64,000 bases of DNA from Planctomycetota bacterium. GTDB taxonomy: Bacteria; Planctomycetota; JAJSAM01; JAJVHW01. Shown here piece after piece: positions 18,709 through 28,100 of this stretch. The position numbers and the translations under genes were made by a program. Position 1 is the first letter of the stretch; each line of letters opens with the position of its first letter. Below the pieces are notes generated by a model. That model was given only the letters and a program-made list of their open reading frames with translations. It was not told the origin of the DNA and did not search any database. The stretch spans positions 576,001-640,000 of the forward strand of contig CBDFJG010000004.1 in the NCBI GenBank assembly GCA_965248445.1, written 5' to 3'.

Positions 18709-19827
18709 TCAGAGGTCGCGTTCATACACGCGGTAGGTGCGGTAGCGCTCCCCGCCCAGCCGCTCGATGGCGCTGATCATCAGGTCGTTGTCCTCGAGGA
18801 CCCACGAGCACTCGGCGCCGCGGTAGCCCAGCCGTTCGCTGGCGTGTCCCGTTGCCACGACCAGGGCCATCTCGACGCCGCTGCGGCGGGCCTCCGGGAG
18901 CACGCCGAGCGTCAGCACGCGGCCCTGGTCGATCTTGCGCATTCCGAGCAGGAGGCGCGCCAGCGACCACGGCCACAGGCGGCCGCGGATGCGTCCGATC
19001 GCCTGGTTCACGTCCGGCAGCGAGAGCGAGAACGCGATCGGCTCGCCGCCCCGCTCGGCGAACTGCACCAGTTCCGGGACCAGGATCGGTCTCATCTCCT
19101 TCGCCTGATGCCGAATCTCGTCCTCGGTCATCGGCACGAAGCCCCAGTTGGCCGCCCACGCCCCGTTGTAGATCCGCAGGAGGATCTCGATGTCTGCGGC
19201 GAACCCCTCGTCATCCGTGCGGATGGGTCGAAGCGTGAAGCCACCGCGCTCCGTGGCGCGTTCGACGATGCGGCGGATCCGCGGCGTCGGTGCGTCCGTC
19301 GCCACCCAGAACGCCAGCAGGTCGCGCGCCGGTTCGAGACCCCACGCCTCCAGGTGTGCCACGTAGCGCGCCGGGTTGTACGCCATGTCGAACACCGGCG
19401 GGCCCGGCCGGCGGTCTTCGACGAGGAGGCCGCTGATTCCGTTGGTCGTGTAGGAGAGCGGGCCGCGGACCCGCGTGACGCCACGGGTTTGCAGCCATTG
19501 CGCGGCCTCGTCGAGGAGCGCGTGTGCCGTCGCCTCGCCGTCGCACTCGAGCCAGCCGAAGAACCCCGTCCCGGGACCGTGCACCTCGTCGTGTATGCGG
19601 TCCACGCACGCGGCGATTCGTCCAACGTCCTCGCCATCGCGGGTGGCGACGAAGTGCTGCGCCTCGGCGTGGCTGAAGAACGGGTGCTGCGGGCGCCAGC
19701 GGTCGTGGCAGTCGGCCAGCAGCGGGGTTACGAAGTGGGGGTCGCCGCGGTAGGGGGCCAGTCCGGCCTTGAAGAAGCGGACGCGGCCCCGGCGGTCACG
19801 AGCGACGGGCTCGACGCGGAGTCCCAC
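18709..19827 (-). CDS. GNAT/YghO-like acyltransferase, candidate bacterial ceramide synthase (bCerS)
   Basis: HPFFSHAE..F.A..GRIAA, GFFGWLE, GP...TN..GLLVE, MAYNP.YV, NWGFVP, LPDVN and SWVLEDN. Lies directly downstream of the spt-like gene. Confidence 0.75.
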   Translation of the reverse strand: MGLRVEPVARDRRGRVRFFKAGLAPYRGDPHFVTPLLADCHDRWRPQHPFFSHAEAQHFVATRDGEDVGRIAACVDRIHDEVHGPGTGFFGWLECDGEATAHALLDEAAQWLQTRGVTRVRGPLSYTTNGISGLLVEDRRPGPPVFDMAYNPARYVAHLEAWGLEPARDLLAFWVATDAPTPRIRRIVERATERGGFTLRPIRTDDEGFAADIEILLRIYNGAWAANWGFVPMTEDEIRHQAKEMRPILVPELVQFAERGGEPIAFSLSLPDVNQAIGRIRGRLWPWSLARLLLGMRKIDQGRVLTLGVLPEARRSGVEMALVVATGHASERLGYRGAECSWVLEDNDLMISAIERLGGERYRTYRVYERDL

Positions 19828-19842
19828 GTCGCGCTCGAGCGG

Positions 19843-21033
19843 CTAGGCCACGCGGACGACACCCTCGGCGCGACCGATGCGCGCGAAGGTCTCGATCACG
19901 CGGTCGAGCTCCTCGTCGGTGTGCGTGGCCATGTACGACGTGCGCAGGAGGCCCTCGCCGGACGGCACCGCCGGAGACACGACCGGGTTCGTGAAGACCC
20001 CGGCCTCGTGGAGGAGCTTCCAGAAGCGGAATGTCTCTTCATCGCCACCGACCGGGATCGGGATGATCGGGGAGCGGCTCGCGGACACGTCGTAGCCGAG
20101 GTCACGGAACGCGGCGTTCATGCGGCGGACGTTCTGCCAGAGCCTCTCGCGGCGGTCGGGCTCGCTCTCGATGATGTCGAGTGCCGCGAGCGTCGCCGCC
20201 GTGGACGCCGGTGCCGGCGATGCCGAGAACATCAGCGCGCGGGCGTTGTGCTTCACGAAATCGATGACACCCGCCTCGCCGGCCGCGAAGCCGCCGAGCG
20301 ACGCGAATGACTTGGAGAACGTGCCGACGATCATGTCGACCTCGTCTTCGAGCCCGAAGTGCTCGGCCGTGCCGCGGCCGTTCTCGCCGAGTACGCCGAT
20401 GCCGTGTGCGTCGTCGAGGATGATCCGCGCCCCGTACCTCCTGGCGAGCTCCACGATGCTCGGGAGATCGCAGAGGTCGCCTTTCATCGAGAACACACCG
20501 TCCGTGATGATCAGACGTCCGCTGTGGTCTGGGATGTTCTGGAGCTGGCGTTCCAGGTCCGCCATGTCGCTGTGCCGGTACTTGCGCAGCGTTGCGAACG
20601 ACTGCCGGCAACCGTCGAAGATCGAGGCGTGGTTCTCGCGGTCGCAGAGGATGACGTCGTTCTTCCCGGCCAAGGTCGAGATGACCCCCAGGTTGACCTG
20701 GAAGCCGGTCGAGAACGTGATCGCCGCCTCTTTCCGCACGAACCGCGCGAGCCGCTCTTCGAGCTCCTCGTGGATCTCGAGCGTGCCGTTCAGGAAGCGC
20801 GACCCGGTGCAGCCGGCACCGTACTTCTGGGCAGCCTCGACGGCGGCGCGCACCACGCGGGGGTGGTGGGTCAGCCCGAGGTAGTTGTTCGAGCCGATCA
20901 TGATCAGGGACCGGCCGTTGATCACGCACTCGGTGCCGTGATTCTCGGTGATGGCGAGGAAGTAGGGATAGCTCCCGCTCCGCCTCAGGGCGTCAGCGCG
21001 GCTGTAGCGACGGCATTTCTCGAAGAGATCCAC
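19843..21033 (-). CDS. spt: Serine palmitoyltransferase-like PLP alpha-oxoamine synthase
   Basis: DLFEKC..YPYF N-terminus, GSNNYLGL, GSRFLNGT, DDAHG, PLP-lysine motif GTFSKSFASLGG, and FSAS. GTG start follows GAGGA. Confidence 0.8.
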   Translation of the reverse strand: MDLFEKCRRYSRADALRRSGSYPYFLAITENHGTECVINGRSLIMIGSNNYLGLTHHPRVVRAAVEAAQKYGAGCTGSRFLNGTLEIHEELEERLARFVRKEAAITFSTGFQVNLGVISTLAGKNDVILCDRENHASIFDGCRQSFATLRKYRHSDMADLERQLQNIPDHSGRLIITDGVFSMKGDLCDLPSIVELARRYGARIILDDAHGIGVLGENGRGTAEHFGLEDEVDMIVGTFSKSFASLGGFAAGEAGVIDFVKHNARALMFSASPAPASTAATLAALDIIESEPDRRERLWQNVRRMNAAFRDLGYDVSASRSPIIPIPVGGDEETFRFWKLLHEAGVFTNPVVSPAVPSGEGLLRTSYMATHTDEELDRVIETFARIGRAEGVVRVA

Positions 21034-21245
21034 GGACGTTCCTCGCGCGGTGGCGCGACCGGAACCCACCCATAGCGCACCCGCCGAGACCGCCACGCGG
21101 CACCGAGGGGGCTCGTTCCCGCCTGCCTGCGAGGGGAGGGTAGGGATGCCCGAGAGCGGGAGTCAATCTCTAACGCGGCCCCCTGCGGAGCCGGGAGCGG
21201 GCAGCGAACGGGGCGCCGTCCGGTGCTTGGATGAGGCTCGACGGC

Positions 21246-21286
21246 GCCGTTGAATGGCGCCGTTGAATGGAGGGGCCGTTGAATGG
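21246..21286. repeat. Three copies of GCCGTTGAATGG in the divergent promoter region
   Basis: Exact 12-mers starting at 21246, 21259 and 21275. Confidence 0.85.
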
Positions 21287-21370
21287 ACCGCCCGGCGACC
21301 GATCGAGGTGTTCGCCCGGTCGGGCGCAGGATGGACCAGAGATGGTCGCGAGGGGGCCGGAGGTCGCTGC

Positions 21371-22345
21371 ATGCGCGTGTTCGTGACGGGAGCGACCGGA
21401 TTCGTCGGTCGGCACGCTGCCATGGCCCTCGCCGCCGGGGGGCACGAACTGGTGTGCCTTGCGCGCTCCCGGGAACGCGCGCGGCATCTGGAAGAAGCGG
21501 GGCACGAGATCGTGGAGGGCCATCTCCTCGACGATGCGGCGTTGTCGCGCGGCGCCGCGGGAGCCGACGCCGTCGTTCACGTTGCCGGACTGATCGCCGC
21601 CCGTTCCGGCACGGAGATGCGCCGCGTGAACGTCGAGGGAACCGCGCGCCTCGCGCGCGCCTGCCACGACTCTCCTCCACGGCGCTTCGTGCTCGTGTCG
21701 TCCCTGGCTGCCGGGGGGCCGTCGCTGCCCGGGGCGCCGGTGAGCGAGAACCGGCCCGCCGCGCCGGTCAGCGTGTACGGCCTCTCGAAGCTCGGCGGAG
21801 AGCGGGCGGCGCGGCGGGGACTTCCGAGCGAGACCGAACTCACGATCGTGCGGCCGCCGGCGGTCTACGGCCCCTACGACCGGGGATTGCTCGACCTGTT
21901 CACCGCCGCCGCGCGTGGCATCCGCCTGTCGCTCGGCGGCGGAGATGTCTCGATCGTGCACGGCGCGGACCTGGCGCAGGGGATCCGGGCGGCGCTCGAG
22001 TCGTCGGCGGCCGCCGGGCGCACCTACTACGTCGCGAACGACGAGTCGCATTCGATGGACGATCTGCTGGCTCGGATCTCCCGAGCGCTCGGTGTACCCG
22101 CACGCGTCGTGCGATTGCCGCGTTGCCTGCTGCGCCTCGCAGGAGTGCTGGCGGAGGAGGTCGCGCGGCTGCGCGGAGAGACGCCGCCGTTCTCGCGAGA
22201 CAAGGTGCGCGAGTTCCTTGCGCCCGGCTGGGTGTGCGACTCGTCCCGCGCGGCGCAAGACCTGGGATGGCGCGCCACACACGCCCTCGACGAGGGCCTC
22301 GCGGAAACTGCCGCGTGGTATCGCGAGCAGAGTTGGATCCGCTGA
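21371..22345 (+). CDS. NAD-dependent epimerase/dehydratase-family SDR, candidate ceramide reductase (CerR)
   Basis: TGATGFVG, VHVAGLI, VSSLAA, YGLSK and VRPPAVYGPYD. Divergent from spt. Confidence 0.7.
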   Translation: MRVFVTGATGFVGRHAAMALAAGGHELVCLARSRERARHLEEAGHEIVEGHLLDDAALSRGAAGADAVVHVAGLIAARSGTEMRRVNVEGTARLARACHDSPPRRFVLVSSLAAGGPSLPGAPVSENRPAAPVSVYGLSKLGGERAARRGLPSETELTIVRPPAVYGPYDRGLLDLFTAAARGIRLSLGGGDVSIVHGADLAQGIRAALESSAAAGRTYYVANDESHSMDDLLARISRALGVPARVVRLPRCLLRLAGVLAEEVARLRGETPPFSRDKVREFLAPGWVCDSSRAAQDLGWRATHALDEGLAETAAWYREQSWIR

Positions 22346-22388
22346 TCCCGCGGAGGGCGTCCCGCCCGTTCTCGCGTATCCTCCTGGG

Positions 22389-23597
22389 ATGAGGCTCCGC
22401 GCCGCCGCCGCCTTGCTCGTGCTCCTCGCCGCGCCGACGGTCGCTCAGGACCCGGAGCGCCAGCGGATCGAGATCGCGGAGCCGTCGAAGTCCTGGGCCG
22501 AGTGGTCGCGTGCGTTCGCGGCGAACTTGATCGCTTCCGGCCGGCTCCTCGAAGCCGCGGAAGAGATGTTCGCGACGGCGCTGTACGACGCGAACGAGGT
22601 CGGCAGCCTCCTCGACGCCGCCGTGTTCATCGTCGACGAGGGCGCGAAGATGCCCCGCGGCATCGGTCGCGGCACACCGTACGGGCTCTTCGCCGCGCAC
22701 TGTCTCGTGCTGGCCGAGTCGCGGGGGGCGGGCGAGGACTGGTGGGTGGTGGTGCGCGGGGTTCCTCCGGCGCATCTGCCGGGAGACCCGCGACTGCACT
22801 ACGTGCATGGGCGACTCGCCTGGGCCGTCTCCGATTACACGCAGGCCCATCGCCACTTCAAACTCGCGTTCGAGGGCGGGTTCGAGCGCGAGAAGTCACT
22901 CGCGTGGTACTTCCGCGGCGCTGTGAACGCAGCGCCGACGATGTTCGAAGAAGGCCGGCTGGACGCCGGGATCAGCGCGCTGGAGAAGGTCCTGGAACTC
23001 GCGCCGAACCATGAGAACGCGATGGGGGCGGGGGTGAGCCTCGCGGACGGCTACCGCCGTCGCAAGGACATGGTGAGTGCGGAGAGGGTGTTGCAGGGTC
23101 TGAGGGCGAAGTACCCCACCGCCGGTGAACCGCTCTTCACCTTCGGCCTCCTGCTGCACAACCAGGGCCAGCTGGAGCGGGCTGCCGACGTGTTCCAGCA
23201 GTGCGTGGACTGCCTGGCTCGGGCGGGCCAGCCGTATCACCCGGCGCTGCTCGAGCGCGTCGAGGTTCTTCAGAAGCTCGGGCGGCTCGACGAGGCGGAG
23301 GTGGGGGCCCTGCGCTACCTGGACATGCGCAAGGACGACGCGGAAGGCACGTACCGCCTCTCGCGCATTCGGCGCGATCAGGATGACCTGGACGCTGCGG
23401 TGCTCCTCGCGCGCCGCGCGCTGCGCTACCAGCCGGACGACCTGCGGTTCGTTCGCAACCTGATGAACATCCTGCATCGGCGGCTCGAGCCCGACGAGGA
23501 GGCCGAGCGCCGGGAGATCGCGGCGCTGTACGAGGAGCGCCTCGCACCCCTGAAACCGGACTCTCCGCCGGACGACGACGGCCGCGAAGAGCAGTAG
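22389..23597 (+). CDS. Secreted TPR-repeat protein
   Basis: Signal peptide and TPR-like helices (ALEKVLELAPNH, ARRALRYQPDD). Confidence 0.75.
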   Translation: MRLRAAAALLVLLAAPTVAQDPERQRIEIAEPSKSWAEWSRAFAANLIASGRLLEAAEEMFATALYDANEVGSLLDAAVFIVDEGAKMPRGIGRGTPYGLFAAHCLVLAESRGAGEDWWVVVRGVPPAHLPGDPRLHYVHGRLAWAVSDYTQAHRHFKLAFEGGFEREKSLAWYFRGAVNAAPTMFEEGRLDAGISALEKVLELAPNHENAMGAGVSLADGYRRRKDMVSAERVLQGLRAKYPTAGEPLFTFGLLLHNQGQLERAADVFQQCVDCLARAGQPYHPALLERVEVLQKLGRLDEAEVGALRYLDMRKDDAEGTYRLSRIRRDQDDLDAAVLLARRALRYQPDDLRFVRNLMNILHRRLEPDEEAERREIAALYEERLAPLKPDSPPDDDGREEQ

Positions 23598-23737
23598 ACG
23601 GCGGTCGAGCCTGGACAGGCTCGATGCTGCGGCGGCGCCGTGCGGTCTCCCCGCCGCTGGGCACAGTGGGTCAGCGGGCCCCCCTCAAGTCTCCACCCAC
23701 GGTGTTCCGATGCCGCGGAGGAGGAGACCAACCAGCC

Positions 23738-24430
23738 ATGCCCAAGCCTCGTCGTCGTCAAGTCATCGTGGACGCCCCGATGCAGTTCGGAATCGGACTG
23801 CATCTCGTGGGGTGGCTCTACCTCTACGTCGTCACGTTTGCGATCCTCTGCAACGGACCGGCGATGCTGGATCTGATCAACGCCGATGCGGGCTCCCCGG
23901 AGTACGCCCAGGCCGTCCTGCGGATCCGCTCGTTCGGCGGGTTCGTGATCGTGCCCCTGGTGCTCACGTTCGTCGCGATGGCGGCGCACGGCGTGTACCT
24001 GACGCACCGGGTCGCCGGCCCTGTCTTCCGCCTGAAGATGTCATGCGCCGAGGTTCTGCGCGGACACATCCCCGAGACCGTGCGTCTTCGCGACAAGGAC
24101 TACCTGAAGGACCTTGCGCACTCGATGGAGCAGGCCTTCACGACGATCCGCGCAGACAACGACCACACCCGTGATCTGGTCGCCCAGGCCAAGTCCGAGG
24201 CGCGTCAGATCTCCGACGCGATCCGCTCGGGTGTGGACGGGCACGTCGGAGTGGTCGTCGATCGCCTGCTCGACGTCTGCCGGTCGCTCGAGGCCCACAT
24301 GGACGACGGGGTCGAAGATCCCGCGTTCCCGACGGCCGACGAGATCGCCGACGGCGGCAGCGAAGAAGCGCCCGCCGAGGGCGTCGCAAGCGACGAGGCG
24401 GTCGAAGAGGACGCTCCGGCCTCGCTCTGA
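23738..24430 (+). CDS. Two-TM membrane protein with HAMP-like segment
   Basis: RRRQVIVD..MQ, two TMs, THRVAGPVFRL...VRLRDKD. GGAGGAGG lies upstream. Confidence 0.7.
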   Translation: MPKPRRRQVIVDAPMQFGIGLHLVGWLYLYVVTFAILCNGPAMLDLINADAGSPEYAQAVLRIRSFGGFVIVPLVLTFVAMAAHGVYLTHRVAGPVFRLKMSCAEVLRGHIPETVRLRDKDYLKDLAHSMEQAFTTIRADNDHTRDLVAQAKSEARQISDAIRSGVDGHVGVVVDRLLDVCRSLEAHMDDGVEDPAFPTADEIADGGSEEAPAEGVASDEAVEEDAPASL

Positions 24431-24589
24431 GCCTCGAGACTCCCGCACGGCGCCTTTCCACCGAGCGCGCCGGAGCCCCCGCGGTCTCCAGCGCGCTCGC
24501 TCTGCTTCACGGCTGCTGCCCAGGCCGCGCTCCGGAGCCTGGCGGCGGGGAGCCCTCTCTCGCATGAGGATCTGCGCTATCCTCGTTGG

Positions 24590-26113
24590 ATGCGGATCGC
24601 ATGGCTGGGCGCACTGACGCTCGGCGTGGCTTGTCTGGGCTGCGCTGCAGCGACCCTGATCCCGGCCACTGCGACCGTGGCGGCGCCCTCCAAGAAGAAG
24701 AAGAAGAAGAAGCGCTTCGTCCGGGTGAAGAAGATCCGCCCGCGCACCGGGCGCACGTTCGTGAAGCTCGACGTGGCGATCTCCGTGCGATTCTCGCGCC
24801 CCGTGGACCCTGCTTCGGTCTCACCGTCAACGGTCACCGTCAAGCGGCTGCTCGGCGATCCCGTCCTGTACACCGCGGAGTACACGAAGCGCGGACGCCG
24901 GCTCGAGATCACACCGGTCGGGGCCCTCGATCCGGGGACCGATTACGAGATCATCGTCCGCGACGGGATTCGCTCGACGGATGGCCGCGAACTGAAGAAC
25001 GAGAAGCGAGCGGTCTTCTTCACCGACCCCACGGTCGAGCCGTTCCGGCATCTGCACCCGGAGCAGTTCGAGCAGCTCGACTCACGGATGTTCGAAGGGC
25101 GGGCCGCGCACACCGAGACGCTCCTGAGTGACGGACGCGTGCTGCTCGCCGGCGGCAACCGCGATTTCGCGAACGTGACGGGGTCTGCCGACGCGTTCCA
25201 TACGGGGACGCTGGAGTTCTCCCCCGTCCTCTCGACGTTGGCCGTACCGCGCGCCTACCACGTCGCCGCTCCTCTGGCCGGCGGCGCGATGATCATCGGT
25301 GGCTGGAGCGGGACCGACGCGATCGCGAAGTCCGAGCTGTTCGACATCACCCGCGACGTGTTCCTCGATGCGGGGGATATGGACGAGAAGCGGGACTTCT
25401 TGGCGGCTGTCGCGCTCGACGACGGCACGATCCTCGTGGTGGGGGGCATCAGCTACTCGCCGAACGGAGCCGCGTACAGCAAGACCGCGGAGGTCTTCGC
25501 CGCCGCGGGCGGCTGGCGGTTCGCCAGGGGGCAGATGACACGGCGCAGAGCCGGACACACGCTCACGCTGCTTCCTGACGGCCGCGTCCTGGTCACCGGC
25601 GGGTTGTCCCCCGGCGACACCTTGGGTGCCTCCGCCGAGATCTACGACCCACGCACGGAGACCTTCACGGCAACCGCCTCCCCGCCTCTGGTCCGGCGTC
25701 AGCTTCACTCGGCGACACTGCTTCCGAACAGCGGCTGGGTGCTGATCGCGGACGGAGGCGTCGGCCAGGTCGAGCTCTTCGACCCCTTGAACGAGCGCTT
25801 CTTCGACGCGGGGGGGGCGAGCTTCGCGCGGCGCACCCGCGCGACGGCGTCTCTGCTCGACGGAGACAAGGTGCTCTTCGCCGGAGGGTTCGACTCGCAG
25901 GGGGACAAGCAGCTGATCCTGTCCGGGATGGACCTGTTCCTGCCCAACTCCAACGGTGTGGGCCGCGTGGTCCGCGCCTCCGTCGTGTTCCCCGAGCCGC
26001 GTGCCGGTCACACGTCGACGAAGCTCACGGGCGGACGCGTCCTGTTCGCCGGCGGGTTCGGGCAGGTGAACGACAGCCTGGACTCAGGGATCCTCTACAG
26101 TCCTGCCAACTAG
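24590..26113 (+). CDS. Secreted Ig-like (Big_5-type) plus Kelch-repeat protein
   Basis: Leader peptide, (AAG)7 poly-Lys, VRFSRPVDPASV Ig-like domain, and repeated R..HT.TLL.DGRVL..GG. Confidence 0.85.
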   Translation: MRIAWLGALTLGVACLGCAAATLIPATATVAAPSKKKKKKKRFVRVKKIRPRTGRTFVKLDVAISVRFSRPVDPASVSPSTVTVKRLLGDPVLYTAEYTKRGRRLEITPVGALDPGTDYEIIVRDGIRSTDGRELKNEKRAVFFTDPTVEPFRHLHPEQFEQLDSRMFEGRAAHTETLLSDGRVLLAGGNRDFANVTGSADAFHTGTLEFSPVLSTLAVPRAYHVAAPLAGGAMIIGGWSGTDAIAKSELFDITRDVFLDAGDMDEKRDFLAAVALDDGTILVVGGISYSPNGAAYSKTAEVFAAAGGWRFARGQMTRRRAGHTLTLLPDGRVLVTGGLSPGDTLGASAEIYDPRTETFTATASPPLVRRQLHSATLLPNSGWVLIADGGVGQVELFDPLNERFFDAGGASFARRTRATASLLDGDKVLFAGGFDSQGDKQLILSGMDLFLPNSNGVGRVVRASVVFPEPRAGHTSTKLTGGRVLFAGGFGQVNDSLDSGILYSPAN

Positions 26114-26169
26114 AAGCGCACGGGCCTGCCAACTAGAACCCAGGTGCCAACTCGCGCTGCCAGGGTCCG

Positions 26170-27336
26170 CTACCGCACGGCGCCGGCCAGGATCGCGCGG
26201 ATCTCGCGTGCCGTGCGTTCCCAGGTGAAGTCCGCGGCGTGCGCCCGCCCTCGCGCGATGCGTCCAGCGCGTCCCGGCGTGTCGGTCACGACCCGCTCGA
26301 TCGCCGCGCACATCGCCGTCTCATCCAGCGGATCGAACATCTCCGCCGCGTCGCCGGCAACCTCCGGGAGGCTGCCCGCCCGGGCGCACGCGACGGGCGC
26401 TCCAGCGACGTATGCTTCGAGCACCGGGAAACCGAAGCCCTCGTAGAGACTCGGCACGACGACGGCGTCCGCAGTAGCATACAGCGCAGCGAGTTGTTCA
26501 TCGGTGACGTAACCCGGAGTCAGCAGCGGCTCGTCCGGCGCTGCTCTCAGCCGCGCCCGTAGCGCGGCCGCCCGCTCCGGGTGGCCGGCCAGGACCAGCG
26601 CGTGCGACACGCGTCCGTCCGCGCGCAGCCGCCGCCACGCCGCGACCAGGCGATCGAGGTTCTTGCGCGGATCGAAGTTCGAGACCGACAGCAGGAACGG
26701 ACGCGGCACGCGGAGCGCGGCCAGATGAGCCGCGGGATCGTCGGGCGGGATCCGGGCGTCCACGCCGAGCGGCACGACGTGCAGCCGGTCGGCGGGCAGA
26801 GCCGGCTCCAGTTCGCTGCACTCTCCGGCAGTGAACGACGAGCAGGTGACCACGGCGGCTGCGCGCCGCATGGAGGCGGGTACGACGCGGTCCATGTACG
26901 TTCGGAACCGGATCGACTTCGACTCCGGATAGCGACGCCAGCTGGCGTCGTACACGATCACGACCTCGGGCACGTTCGGATTGCTGAACGGGAGCACGAA
27001 CGACGTCCCGAGGTGCACGTCGACCTTCGCGCGGCGCAACGCGCGTGTCATCTCGACGTGCTGGAAGAAGAGTGCTCGCGGCGTGTCCGGACCGTCCACC
27101 GGCGCTTCGATCACCCGGACGTCGCCCGCGCCCTCCGGGATCGGGAGCGCAGCGGAGTTCTGCGGCAGGACGGCGACGACGCGGTCGGCGTGCTCCGATC
27201 GCGCGAGGCCGTGCAGGATCGCGCGGGATGCGACGCCCACACCCGACGGCGTCGACGTGATCGAGAGCCCGTCGAAGCCGATCGTGAGCGGGCGATTTGG
27301 AAGTGGAGAAGACGAGGCGGTCACCGGCTGCATCAT
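26170..27336 (-). CDS. Glycosyltransferase family 4
   Basis: PRKNL, PSLYEGFGFPVLEA, GSLPEVAGDA and FTWER. Confidence 0.9.
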   Translation of the reverse strand: MMQPVTASSSPLPNRPLTIGFDGLSITSTPSGVGVASRAILHGLARSEHADRVVAVLPQNSAALPIPEGAGDVRVIEAPVDGPDTPRALFFQHVEMTRALRRAKVDVHLGTSFVLPFSNPNVPEVVIVYDASWRRYPESKSIRFRTYMDRVVPASMRRAAAVVTCSSFTAGECSELEPALPADRLHVVPLGVDARIPPDDPAAHLAALRVPRPFLLSVSNFDPRKNLDRLVAAWRRLRADGRVSHALVLAGHPERAAALRARLRAAPDEPLLTPGYVTDEQLAALYATADAVVVPSLYEGFGFPVLEAYVAGAPVACARAGSLPEVAGDAAEMFDPLDETAMCAAIERVVTDTPGRAGRIARGRAHAADFTWERTAREIRAILAGAVR

Positions 27337-27350
27337 CGGTCGCGCACCGG

Positions 27351-27977
27351 TCAGTTCAAACGGGGATCTCCGCGATCGATCCTCAGATGGTGCCGGCCCT
27401 CACGGGCATCGACCGCGCGTTCGATGGCGGCGAGGCGTTCGGCGATGTCCGGCAAGGCGTGCAAGCGGTGCACGTCACGTGGCGCCAGTTCCAGCGCGAG
27501 GAGGACGATGTCGAGCGCCGCCCCCTGCGCGGTGAGCGCCAGCGCGGCGATTTGTGCCTGGTCGACTCCGGCCGCGCGGGTTGCAAGCGCCACGACGCGC
27601 GGCACCAGGCCGTCGCCGCCGCCGTGGTCGGGCAATTCCGTCGCGCGGACGATGCGGTACGGCAGATCCGCCGTCAGCTCTTCCTCGACCCGCATTCGTG
27701 CCACCCCGCGCAGCACGATGTTGCACCGGCCTTCTGCGAGGGGCACGTGCTGCACGATGTCACCCAGGCCGATCACCGGATGCACCGGGGGATTCGGCTG
27801 ATCGCCCGCCGAGTGGCCCGGCAGTGGCATCGCCATCGCCATCGCGCGGTCACCCTGCATGGCGTCCGCGACCATCCGCCGGTAGCGCGGCTCGAAGATG
27901 TGGAGGGGGAGCAGGACGCCCGGGAGCAGCGTGACTGCCTCGAGCGGGAAGATCGGGAGGGGGTCGGGATGCGGCAC
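27351..27977 (-). CDS. Stand-alone Lon N-terminal (substrate-binding) domain protein
   Basis: LPIFPL..V.LLPG..LPLHIFEPRYRRMV and GRCNIVLRGVAR. Confidence 0.85.
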   Translation of the reverse strand: MPHPDPLPIFPLEAVTLLPGVLLPLHIFEPRYRRMVADAMQGDRAMAMAMPLPGHSAGDQPNPPVHPVIGLGDIVQHVPLAEGRCNIVLRGVARMRVEEELTADLPYRIVRATELPDHGGGDGLVPRVVALATRAAGVDQAQIAALALTAQGAALDIVLLALELAPRDVHRLHALPDIAERLAAIERAVDAREGRHHLRIDRGDPRLN

Positions 27978-28100
27978 AGGTGAATTGAAGCCGGAGATGC
28001 CCTCTGGCTCAACCGTCGAGACCGTGGGCTCAACAGAACCCTCCAGGCATACCGATGAACGATCCGGGGCCGGTCTCTGCCCGGCGCCCGCCTGACCTCC

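Noticed and set aside
19843..21033. Calling the PLP enzyme kbl or bioF
   Set aside because: The GTFSKS motif, YPYF N-terminus and GNAT/SDR neighbours favour Spt. Not formally excluded.
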